From: a phage | Direction: 5' to 3' (one strand) | Sequence record: PZ379181.1 | Length of the DNA stretch: 44,789 nucleotides | Shown: in pieces, positions 1-8,201 of the stretch | Layout of the letters: every line of letters starts with the position of its first letter | Position numbering within the stretch: the first letter of the stretch is position 1 | Made by a program: the position numbers and the translations under genes | Notes under the pieces: model-generated | What the model saw: the letters and a program-made list of their open reading frames with translations, nothing else | Told to the model about the DNA's origin: nothing | Databases searched by the model: none

Positions 1-83
1 TGTTTAACCGCATAGTTCTGCATGATGGGTTAGGTTTTCGCATTTATCGTGAAACGCTTTCGCGTTTTTCGTGCGCCGCTTCA
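1..83. repeat. Left copy of 83-bp inverted repeat (partner 44677-44759)
   Basis: Reverse complement of 1-83 equals 44677-44759 at 82/83 positions (mismatch 7/44753); verified base by base. Confidence 0.9.
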
Positions 84-265
84 CCGTATAGCATTGATTC
101 CTTTGCGAAGAAGACGGCACGATAGTTGCTATACTGAGATTGACCATCTTTATCCTTGTAACGCTCACTTAAATCAACCGCGTACATCTTCCAACTGCCA
201 TTTGCATTCTGACCTTCTTTAGTGAACGGAGCGCGACGGATAACACCAGTGATTACATGACTCAT
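44..265 (-). CDS. SSB-like OB-fold protein, short (73 aa), possibly truncated
   Basis: ATG start; N-terminal pattern V.ITG...DKDG...YRAVFFAK resembles the first half of bacterial SSB; last 13 codons lie inside the inverted repeat. Confidence 0.4.
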   Translation of the reverse strand: MSHVITGVIRRAPFTKEGQNANGSWKMYAVDLSERYKDKDGQSQYSNYRAVFFAKESMLYGEAAHEKRESVSR

Positions 266-305
266 TTTCTTTCTCTCTTAATGTTGGGGCCGCAGCCCCG
301 TTAAA

Positions 306-956
306 TTAGAATGTGTCGATTTCTTGAGATTGTACTTCAACTTTTTCTTCTTGAACAGACTTTTGTGCAACCTGTTTAGGTTTTGCAGGATTGAAGCCGT
401 TAGTTGCATTAGCCTGAATTTCTGCCTTACGCTCAATGATGTGAGGTTCAATCACCAGCCAACCAGCTGAATCAAGAGACTGCTTGGCTTCTTTGTATAC
501 ATCACGCAGGTCATCAAGAGTGTTGCACTTAGCTAAATCTTTCTTAAATGAGTTGATACCCTTAACTGCAAGCTGACCATCATCATCTGCCTGGCTCAAT
601 CCTAATGCCGCTGTAATTGCATAACGGCGAGCATATGTAAGTGATGAGCCGTAACCTTGAGCATCTTGCTTGCTGATTGGGACGATTGTCAGGAAGCTGA
701 CCCACTCTCCAGATTCTGCATGATAGACAGTTGTTTCAACCTTAATTCTAGTTGTGGCTTCATCATCAATCATGCCTTGAAACATGACCAGGCCGCTATC
801 TGCAAGGCCAGGCTCTACAGCCGCCAGTACGTCTTCCAGGGTGGCGTACCTGTTCTTTAGGTGCGAGTTCTGCTTTGACTTTTCAGCCTTTGCAAACTTT
901 GATTTGGCCTCAAATAAAGCCTTCAATACTTGCTTGTTTTGATCTGAAGTTTTCAT
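306..956 (-). CDS. erf: Erf-family single-strand annealing recombinase
   Basis: 216 aa; NRYATLEDVL and GSSLTYARRYAITAALG motifs typical of the ERF family; sits with exonuclease and SSB-like genes. Confidence 0.7.
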   Translation of the reverse strand: MKTSDQNKQVLKALFEAKSKFAKAEKSKQNSHLKNRYATLEDVLAAVEPGLADSGLVMFQGMIDDEATTRIKVETTVYHAESGEWVSFLTIVPISKQDAQGYGSSLTYARRYAITAALGLSQADDDGQLAVKGINSFKKDLAKCNTLDDLRDVYKEAKQSLDSAGWLVIEPHIIERKAEIQANATNGFNPAKPKQVAQKSVQEEKVEVQSQEIDTF

Positions 957-1014
957 TAACTATCTCTCTTTCGTTTAAGTGGGGCAATCATACCTCACCT
1001 TTTGATTTTGTCTT

Positions 1015-1029
1015 TAGCAATTAGTGCTA
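1015..1029 (-). promoter_or_regulatory. TAGCA-N5-TGCTA operator/promoter module (upstream of erf)
   Basis: TAGCAattagTGCTA; contains the exonuclease stop TAG; TATGAT and AAACGAAAGAGAG leader follow on minus strand. Confidence 0.5.
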
Positions 1030-1998
1030 TTTTAGAAGTTCTTGATACTGCTTACTTACCCACTCAGGAATCATCAAATCTTGCTCTGTAATCCCATTGC
1101 TATACCCAGGCCATACATCAAGCTCCTTGCACTGTTTGTATGTTGCTAGTGCCTCACAATATTGTAAACGACCAATGCGAAGCTGTTCATCTGTAAGCGT
1201 GTAGCTCATTGGTAAGTAAGGCTCCGTTTTTTCCTGCGCCAGAAGTCGAACCACAACCTTACGCTTCTCGTTAAATGCCTTCACGAACAAGTCACGCTGA
1301 AGGCTCATTTTGCACAGGTATCCATGGTCATAAGCTGACTTGCCAAATCCTCTCGGGCTTGCGTCCGCCGTCGTCTTGTAGTCAGTAATGAAAACCACGC
1401 CATCAACAACATCCACGTGATCAAGCCTAACCTTAACACCACACCCAAGAATCTCACCAAAGATTGATAGCTCTTTCTGTGCTGTTGGTGAGTTAATAAT
1501 CGCATCGTAAGCTGGGATATTAGTAAGAACCTCGCGCATTGAGATTACCTTATCGTAATCTTTCGCAGTAACGAGCTCTTTGCCACTAATTAACGCCTCA
1601 GCGCTCTCCTGCTGCTCAATTAACCATTTAACAGGCCAATCCTCACCAGATTTATACATCATCTCCACGAGCTCGCTATATCCCTTCCCTGACGTGCCTG
1701 AAACTCCAACTTTTTTAAGCGCTGCGGATAAAGCCGTTTGGCTAGTAATCAATCCTTCCACTTCGTCAAAGTCAGTAGCTCGCATGTATGTTGAGTCAAA
1801 TACCTCGCGCTCTAGCATCATGCAGTGACTTAGTGTGCCAAATTTAAGTGCTGCGCTAGAGTTATTGCGCTGCTTAAACTTCCATTTAGCTGGTGAGGTA
1901 GCAAGAATCTCAGCCAGTGAAGAGCCAGAGATATGGTCTTGCTCTTCGTGATAGGATTCATTTGTTAGCTCGTCGTTCGTATAAACTTTAAATGTCAT
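1027..1998 (-). CDS. Recombination exonuclease (PD-(D/E)XK-like)
   Basis: 323 aa; D..D...DYK nuclease-like motif (VRLDHVDVVDGVVFITDYKT); directly upstream of erf. Confidence 0.55.
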   Translation of the reverse strand: MTFKVYTNDELTNESYHEEQDHISGSSLAEILATSPAKWKFKQRNNSSAALKFGTLSHCMMLEREVFDSTYMRATDFDEVEGLITSQTALSAALKKVGVSGTSGKGYSELVEMMYKSGEDWPVKWLIEQQESAEALISGKELVTAKDYDKVISMREVLTNIPAYDAIINSPTAQKELSIFGEILGCGVKVRLDHVDVVDGVVFITDYKTTADASPRGFGKSAYDHGYLCKMSLQRDLFVKAFNEKRKVVVRLLAQEKTEPYLPMSYTLTDEQLRIGRLQYCEALATYKQCKELDVWPGYSNGITEQDLMIPEWVSKQYQELLK

Positions 1999-2001
1999 GG
2001 T

Positions 2002-2196
2002 TCAATCCTTAATTTTAACAATCTTAACTGTTTTCAAATCTTCCTCAGTGAAGTACCCGGTCAGCAACTCCTTGGCCTCTTCCTTTGTCTCGAATTGGTC
2101 GGCTTCAGATTTGTTGGTAGTGTATCCAGCTGGGCCACCAAAGTAGCAGTCTCCGAACAGTGGGTTGTTTTTCTCTTTGATAATGTAGTAGGTCAT
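2002..2196 (-). CDS. hypothetical protein (64 aa)
   Basis: ATG start 4 nt upstream of exonuclease start; first gene after the divergent control region. Confidence 0.45.
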   Translation of the reverse strand: MTYYIIKEKNNPLFGDCYFGGPAGYTTNKSEADQFETKEEAKELLTGYFTEEDLKTVKIVKIKD

Positions 2197-2510
2197 TTCT
2201 GTATCTCTCTGTTTGCTTGCTTGCTTGCTTTCGATGGTTTAACTATATATTCAGCGCCGCACCCAGTCCAATTGGTTTCGCCAATCGTTGATTTAAGTTT
2301 ACGCGTGAATTCTTGTAATTCCGTGTGTACATTGGAACTAGTTACGTTTTTTGGTACCTGAGCCAAGCTATAGCTCAATGTAAATAGTGCGTATATCATG
2401 TATATCATTTATTGCTGAGGGTGCATTGGTATAGCTACCGCGCAATACTGTATAAATCCACATGATATTAAAATTATAACCGAAACACTCCATAAGAGCA
2501 GTTACATGAT

Positions 2511-2590
2511 ATACATAGTAATATATATAATAATAATAATAAGAGTAAAAGGTTGATATATATATATATTTTAATGTAACCAATGCGTAA
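2511..2590. repeat. AT-rich block with (ATA)n tract, copy A
   Basis: About 85 percent identical to 30296-30373, same orientation; both lie in divergent intergenic regions. Confidence 0.8.
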
Positions 2591-2666
2591 ATTGGCGTAA
2601 CATTGCGTATATCATTTTTCGCGGATGAGATTGCATACATCGAGTTACATCGGTTACGCGTAAACA

Positions 2667-2681
2667 TAGCACTAATTGCTA
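2667..2681 (+). promoter_or_regulatory. TAGCA-N5-TGCTA operator/promoter module (upstream of methyltransferase gene)
   Basis: TAGCActaatTGCTA followed by TATAGT-like -10 and ACAAACAACGAGAGAG leader. Confidence 0.5.
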
Positions 2682-2740
2682 AAACTGATCCGCAAAACCG
2701 GGTATAGTTAGCAACACAAACAACGAGAGAGAATTTTAAA

Positions 2741-3430
2741 ATGGTTATCTGGTCTTTATTTGATGGTTCTGGTCTGGCGGTAAAGGATTGGGCTGAAGCT
2801 GGCCACACTTGCTACTGTTTCAACTTTGATGAGTCTGACCACGGCAGCTACAGTGACTTAAATGCAAAGGTTGAGCATGAGAACATCACATACGTTAACG
2901 CATGGATAGATGCTGACTTCGATTTTGATGTGAAACCTGATTTTATAATGGCGTTCCCTCCATGCACTGACTTAGCCGTGAGCGGATCAAGACACTTTGA
3001 ACGCAAGTGTATAGCTAACCCTAACTTCCAAATTGAAGCTGCGGAGACGTGCAAGATTGCTTTTAATCTTGCTGAAAAATACGGAGTACCATACATGATC
3101 GAGAACCCAATCAGCGTACTGTCATCACTTTGGCGAAAACCTGATAACACCTTCCACCCATATGAATACGGAGGCTATTTGCCGGAAGATGATTTACACC
3201 CGTTTTTTAGCGACCTAATAAAGCCAAAAGACGCATATCCCAAGAAGACATGCATTTGGTATGGCAATGGGTTTAAATGGCCAGAGGCAATTCCAGTGGA
3301 CGTTAACGGTGGATTCTCTGACCAATACAAGAAGCTAGGCGGGAAGAGCAATAAGACAAAGGTAATTCGCAGCCTAACTCCTCGCGGTTTTGCAAAAGCC
3401 GTCTTCATTGCAAATAGCACCAATTGCTAA
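2741..3430 (+). CDS. DNA methyltransferase (SAM-dependent; class uncertain)
   Basis: 229 aa; FDGSG (FxGxG SAM motif), then FPPC and ENP in the order seen in C5-MTase motifs I/IV/VI; could equally be a T1 Dam-like enzyme. Confidence 0.5.
   Translation: MVIWSLFDGSGLAVKDWAEAGHTCYCFNFDESDHGSYSDLNAKVEHENITYVNAWIDADFDFDVKPDFIMAFPPCTDLAVSGSRHFERKCIANPNFQIEAAETCKIAFNLAEKYGVPYMIENPISVLSSLWRKPDNTFHPYEYGGYLPEDDLHPFFSDLIKPKDAYPKKTCIWYGNGFKWPEAIPVDVNGGFSDQYKKLGGKSNKTKVIRSLTPRGFAKAVFIANSTNC
3415..3429 (+). promoter_or_regulatory. TAGCA-N5-TGCTA operator/promoter module (upstream of lipoprotein gene)
   Basis: TAGCAccaatTGCTA; its TAA is the stop codon of the methyltransferase ORF. Confidence 0.5.
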
Positions 3431-3498
3431 AGACAAATCTCAAGGATGAGATATCATTACTCCATTGAAACGAAACACACCTTCTAAGGAATACGAAA

Positions 3499-3744
3499 AT
3501 GACTAACTTAATCAAACTTTCAATCATCGCAGCAGCAGCAATCATGATGGTGGGTTGTTCTTCTGCTCCGCGTCCTGACGGATGGTGTGCAACGCAAGCA
3601 AACGGCGTGTGCGTGGCTAAATGGGAAAATGGTGTGGTTGTACCGTCTGGTGAAGTTGATGTGCGATACGCTGGTATTGAGAGCAAGGCTGGCGGCGGTT
3701 ACGGTGGCTCTGTTGCTGACCATGGGTCTAAGGAGTGGAAATAA
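3499..3744 (+). CDS. Small lipoprotein, putative superinfection-exclusion (Cor/Llp-like)
   Basis: 81 aa; hydrophobic signal peptide with lipobox-like MVGC; immediately upstream of putative receptor-binding protein gene. Confidence 0.5.
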   Translation: MTNLIKLSIIAAAAIMMVGCSSAPRPDGWCATQANGVCVAKWENGVVVPSGEVDVRYAGIESKAGGGYGGSVADHGSKEWK

Positions 3745-4706
3745 TGCCTCAAGGAATATTGATTGACCTTAATGATGGAAGGCCACCTATGGAAATAACG
3801 GCAGGATTAAGAGCGCCCGCTGTGACTGGCTCAATAAATACCAATGGACTTTCGACGCCAGCATCATCATGGGATTTTGGTTTAACCATGTCCCCAGGCT
3901 CAACAGCATTCTGCCTTCCAACAAAGGCTGTGCACGTTGACGCTTATGATGTTGTACCTGAAGTTTATTATATGAACGGGTTCCAGAAGGTAAATGACGG
4001 AACTGGCAGGATAACGCTTAGTGACTTCAATGGCGCAAGAGGTCGTATAATTGACTTTGCTGGAAATTGCTTTGAAATACTCCCAGCCTCGTCTTCATCA
4101 AGCCCAGGAATACTGGTTGAGAACTCAACTGACTTTTTGGCAATTTCAAGCAATTCGCGGTTAATGTCTGCGGCATGGGTTGGTGGAATACAGGTTAACG
4201 GCGCCGCCTCACTACCAGTCAGTGGGATTCCATTTGGTAAATGGGATAACCCAAACGTTTCTCTGGAGAGCGACGGTAATACAATTTGGTGCCGCAACAT
4301 AAACTACAGCGGCATAGATGACGTTGCAGCAAGTACTTACGTACAGTTAGTGATATTCAGGAATGACCCTCCAGTAGCTGGCCCAGGACTCACAATGTCT
4401 AATAGTTCTGGACAGATTGTTTTTTCAAGCGTCAGGCGACCGTTCGTGCTTGGTGGCTTTATACAAATAACCAATGGTTTCCAGTCAATAAATGGAGGGT
4501 TCTTCCCACTGCTCAGGTGCGGCGCTACAACAAGAGTTACTGGAGGGTATAACAACTTAAGGTACAAGGGAATATGCATGTCTGGTGGTGCCGTAAGGGC
4601 AGTTCCAGGCACTGTGATAGGGAACTACTCAACGCAGACGGGGGCCCAATTCCCATTCGACACAAACATATCAATGGCTCTACCATTCATACCAAACTTC
4701 TACTAA
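3744..4706 (+). CDS. Putative receptor-binding protein
   Basis: ATG at 3744 overlaps lipoprotein stop (TAATG) with AAGGAG RBS; 320 aa; convergent with and adjacent to the J-like gene, the usual position of the dedicated RBP in T1/T5-type siphoviruses. Confidence 0.4.
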   Translation: MPQGILIDLNDGRPPMEITAGLRAPAVTGSINTNGLSTPASSWDFGLTMSPGSTAFCLPTKAVHVDAYDVVPEVYYMNGFQKVNDGTGRITLSDFNGARGRIIDFAGNCFEILPASSSSSPGILVENSTDFLAISSNSRLMSAAWVGGIQVNGAASLPVSGIPFGKWDNPNVSLESDGNTIWCRNINYSGIDDVAASTYVQLVIFRNDPPVAGPGLTMSNSSGQIVFSSVRRPFVLGGFIQITNGFQSINGGFFPLLRCGATTRVTGGYNNLRYKGICMSGGAVRAVPGTVIGNYSTQTGAQFPFDTNISMALPFIPNFY

Positions 4707-4711
4707 AGAAA

Positions 4712-4729
4712 AGGCCCCGAAAGGGGCCT
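4712..4729. terminator. Bidirectional hairpin terminator between convergent RBP and J genes
   Basis: AGGCCCCGAAAGGGGCCT perfect hairpin with flanking A/T runs. Confidence 0.6.
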
Positions 4730-4735
4730 AATCAT

Positions 4736-7700
4736 TTACCACACTCCAACTACAACCCTTCCACCATTCGGTAAATTAACTGTAATTCCATTATTGTTAA
4801 TCTGAACAGTGTTGTTGGTTCCGTTAAACGCAAAGTTGCCGTTACTTGCGTACAGACTACCCCTTACAGTTGCATTGTTAAGTTCCGCACTGCCTGACTT
4901 ATCAATGGCCCAACCCTGAGAACCAGCCACGTAGTTATTAGATTGAATCCGGTTACCAATCTTCGCGTTAGTGATTGAACCATCCTGAATCACTGCGCTT
5001 TGAATGAATACCTGATTACCTTCAACTACGAAAGGCAATGACCACTGACCGGATCCAGAGCTAATGCCGTTACTGATTGCTAACCTGTTAGCATCAAAGA
5101 TGACCTGACTACGAACATTGCCATCAGAACCAGTTAGCTCCATACTCATGCCAGAACTGTACTCAACGCCATTGTATTTGAGGCCAAGTTTAATCCCGTA
5201 CTGAGCACCAATTGAATCGGCAGTAACGTAAGTGTCCAACTTCTCATTTAACGCAGCCTCATTATCACCTAGCCTTGCAGATAAAGCAGTGTCCGCAGTG
5301 GTCCTTGCTTGCGTCTCTTCCGCTAGCGCCGTATCAATCCTTGTCAATGAAGCTACAATCTCATCATCAATCTGCGCCTTAAGCTGCGTCAGAGCCTCTA
5401 CGCGAGCCCTTTCTTCATCGGCGATAAGATTCACAGCCTGAACAAATTCGGCCTTCCTCTTGCCGTTTTCCTTCGTCATTCTACGCACGTCACCATCATT
5501 AGCCAGGGCGTTCTCAATTATTGATTCCGCTTGCGCCTGAATAGCTCCGTTTGACTCAATGGCATTCTGTTGGAGATACTTGAACCCATCTGAGTTTTCT
5601 ATATCAACCTTAATATCACCAATGATTGACGACACATCATCGCTTGCCATACCCCTTACAAAATCAGTCCATGGTGAGACGTTACCAATCTTGTCAATCA
5701 GTCGCGCCCTGTACCAGATGACCTTTCCAGCAGGAAGTGTAGTATGCCAGTACTCGTAACTCGGGTAAGGCACCAGAGTCAGAAGGCTAGCATTCTCTGG
5801 TGTATAAGTACCATCACCATTGTCGGCTACTTGCTGCAATTCAGTGTATGACGTATCGGCTGAGTTTTCAGGAAATCCCCACTTAACCCTAATGCCGAAT
5901 ATTTCATCATCTGAAGCGGTGATTACTGTAGGTGAAGAAGGGGTCCCAATCTTGCCTGTGAGGCTTACTGAAACAATGTCAGACCATGCGGATACGTTTT
6001 CAGTATCAGAAACGGCCCTTACGCGAACCTGGTAAATTCCGGCATAGATACCTTCAATATCAACCTCTGTGCTTGCTGTGCGCGGCACGTTAATCCAGTT
6101 TCCGTTCTCCTTGCGCCACTGTACCGTGTAGGTTTTCGCGTACTGAACCTTGTCCCACGTGATTACCATTGTCTCAACTGATAAACCCTGAACAACCTTA
6201 CTGTAACTGCTAACCTGAACATTCTCGGGTGCCAGTAATGTATCTGGCTCCACGATTGAAGTTGGCCTGTCCTGAATGTTTACGCCGTAATCAATCTCGT
6301 CGTATTTGTTCGGGTCGTACTCAACTGCGGTAATCGTGTAACCAAACGCATCATCTCCATCGCTGTCTGCTTTTTGAATACCGGTCACAACATATTGCTG
6401 AAGAGCAAGATTTTCCTTATCAATCGCAAATACTGTGTCAGGCTGAGGAGTAAAGCTAAACGCTGTATTAAGTTGCAGCGTCATACCATCTTCAGATACA
6501 GATGCAATGGTCCTGTACTCCGGCATTCCATCAGGCTTGTTTATTAGAATCCTGTCGCCAGCAGTAGCATCAATCTTAAATGGCACAAAAACTTGCAACC
6601 CACTTACTGACTCGATACGACCAGAAAGGTTAAGGGTGTAGTTGCTAGACCATGCCTGGTCATTAACTGCAATAACCTCACCAATCATTGGAATCATACC
6701 TTCCAGACCAGTAGTGAAACTAATAGTCTCGCTGCGAATGTTCGTCTTTAATAACCAGCGCCCGCGGCGGTTTGCCTCACTCCTGCGAGTACATCCAATA
6801 GCTGTAAGGTCGACCGGGTTGTAACCAAAACGCCTTGTTGCCTCTAACTCGAATACTGGCTCAACATCCTGTTGGTATGAGTTTTCAACGTCATCAAACT
6901 GAACGTTGGCAACCGTGTAAAGTGACTTATCGCTACCAAATGTACGGTTGAACAATCCATCAACAACGTTGTCATTGGTGAATACGTACGATGGTTGACG
7001 CGGCTTATCGACAACAATCCCTATCTGCTCGCCGTCATAGAATGTCAGCCCACGGAAGATAGAGCAAATATCACGGATTACCTGATATGCTTCAACTTTC
7101 TGCTGAATGACAACATCACACAGGTAGCGCGGCTCAACTCCACCCTTACCATCTGGAACCATCTGGTCACAGAATTGCGCCGCCTCATACAGACCCCACT
7201 TATCAATAGTAATGCCAAGCTCTCGCTGGTCAAGTCCGTAACGCTGATTCGTCACCAAGTCGTAAAGAACCCACGCCGGGTTATTGGAATACGCCATCTT
7301 AAAGGTGCCGTTCCAGGTTCCGCTGTAAGTCCTTGTCTCTGGGTTGTAGTTAGTTGGAACGCGAATCAACTTCCACTTCTTCTTGATTGAAATCGTCGGG
7401 ATTCCGTTAGGGAAGAGGTCAGAACTGAACTCAACGTAAACCAGCGCTGTAAGTGGGTAGCGGAATTTCGCATCAATTACTTCCTGATAGGTCGTAATTT
7501 GCATATTGTTAACCAGCGTCGAACTTTCTGAATCTGCCGTGATCTTACGAACCCTCACCAACGCACTCGAGAACTCAGCAGGAAGGTTAACCCTGATACT
7601 TCTGTCGTACCCGCTAGTTGTCTTGCCATTAGCTACTCCGCGCGTGTACTCAGTGTATGTAGCGCCATCAACGGACAGGTCAATCGCATACTCGCAAGTG

Positions 7701-8161
7701 GTACCGTTAAGATCTCCGTTACTTTCCTGATTAATCAGACGAGGCCAAAACAGCTTAACCCTAATCGCTGATAGCTGGGTGTTATTAACAGCAATGATGT
7801 AAGGAGTTGAGTTTTTAATCTCCCTGTTCACTTGCACTTCCGAGTTAGCACCCTCTAGCCCGGCAATGTAATCCTGACTCTGTGTGCCAGGGCGAAACTC
7901 TGCCGTTACACCCTCGTAGTTGTATGTGCCATTCTGGTTCTGTACAGGAACGTCAGCAAGGTAAAGGTCCTTTAGGGAGAATGAGCTATCAACCTCACCA
8001 TCAGAAACAGCTAGCAAAACCTTAACCTTGTTTACGGATATCAGGTTATCAGGCTGCTCTACAGGTTGGTGCTGCTTTGGCTGTCCGCCCTTACTTCCAT
8101 AAATCTTAATTTCTTCCGCCATATCACATAGCTCCGCATTTGTTTTGACCATTTGTGCCAT
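4736..8161 (-). CDS. Central tail fibre / tail tip protein (lambda J-like)
   Basis: 1141 aa; last gene of tail operator after I/K/L/M; size and position match lambda J. Confidence 0.85.
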   Translation of the reverse strand: MAQMVKTNAELCDMAEEIKIYGSKGGQPKQHQPVEQPDNLISVNKVKVLLAVSDGEVDSSFSLKDLYLADVPVQNQNGTYNYEGVTAEFRPGTQSQDYIAGLEGANSEVQVNREIKNSTPYIIAVNNTQLSAIRVKLFWPRLINQESNGDLNGTTCEYAIDLSVDGATYTEYTRGVANGKTTSGYDRSIRVNLPAEFSSALVRVRKITADSESSTLVNNMQITTYQEVIDAKFRYPLTALVYVEFSSDLFPNGIPTISIKKKWKLIRVPTNYNPETRTYSGTWNGTFKMAYSNNPAWVLYDLVTNQRYGLDQRELGITIDKWGLYEAAQFCDQMVPDGKGGVEPRYLCDVVIQQKVEAYQVIRDICSIFRGLTFYDGEQIGIVVDKPRQPSYVFTNDNVVDGLFNRTFGSDKSLYTVANVQFDDVENSYQQDVEPVFELEATRRFGYNPVDLTAIGCTRRSEANRRGRWLLKTNIRSETISFTTGLEGMIPMIGEVIAVNDQAWSSNYTLNLSGRIESVSGLQVFVPFKIDATAGDRILINKPDGMPEYRTIASVSEDGMTLQLNTAFSFTPQPDTVFAIDKENLALQQYVVTGIQKADSDGDDAFGYTITAVEYDPNKYDEIDYGVNIQDRPTSIVEPDTLLAPENVQVSSYSKVVQGLSVETMVITWDKVQYAKTYTVQWRKENGNWINVPRTASTEVDIEGIYAGIYQVRVRAVSDTENVSAWSDIVSVSLTGKIGTPSSPTVITASDDEIFGIRVKWGFPENSADTSYTELQQVADNGDGTYTPENASLLTLVPYPSYEYWHTTLPAGKVIWYRARLIDKIGNVSPWTDFVRGMASDDVSSIIGDIKVDIENSDGFKYLQQNAIESNGAIQAQAESIIENALANDGDVRRMTKENGKRKAEFVQAVNLIADEERARVEALTQLKAQIDDEIVASLTRIDTALAEETQARTTADTALSARLGDNEAALNEKLDTYVTADSIGAQYGIKLGLKYNGVEYSSGMSMELTGSDGNVRSQVIFDANRLAISNGISSGSGQWSLPFVVEGNQVFIQSAVIQDGSITNAKIGNRIQSNNYVAGSQGWAIDKSGSAELNNATVRGSLYASNGNFAFNGTNNTVQINNNGITVNLPNGGRVVVGVW

Positions 8162-8170
8162 TCTACACTA

Positions 8171-8196
8171 AATAAAAAACCCGCACTAGGCGGGTC
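8171..8196 (-). terminator. Hairpin plus T-run between I-like and J-like genes
   Basis: ACCCGC...GCGGGT stem followed (minus strand) by TTTTTATT. Confidence 0.5.
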
Positions 8197-8201
8197 TTAA
8201 T

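Noticed and set aside
2453-2462. DnaA-box-like TAAATCCACA
   Set aside because: Single 7/9 match to TTATCCACA with no cluster; insufficient on its own.
2368-2808. 146-aa minus-strand ORF with poly-Tyr/Ile run
   Set aside because: It is the translation of the AT-rich (ATA)n intergenic repeat; no RBS, low complexity, overlaps promoter region. ORF 30262-30504 is rejected for the same reason.
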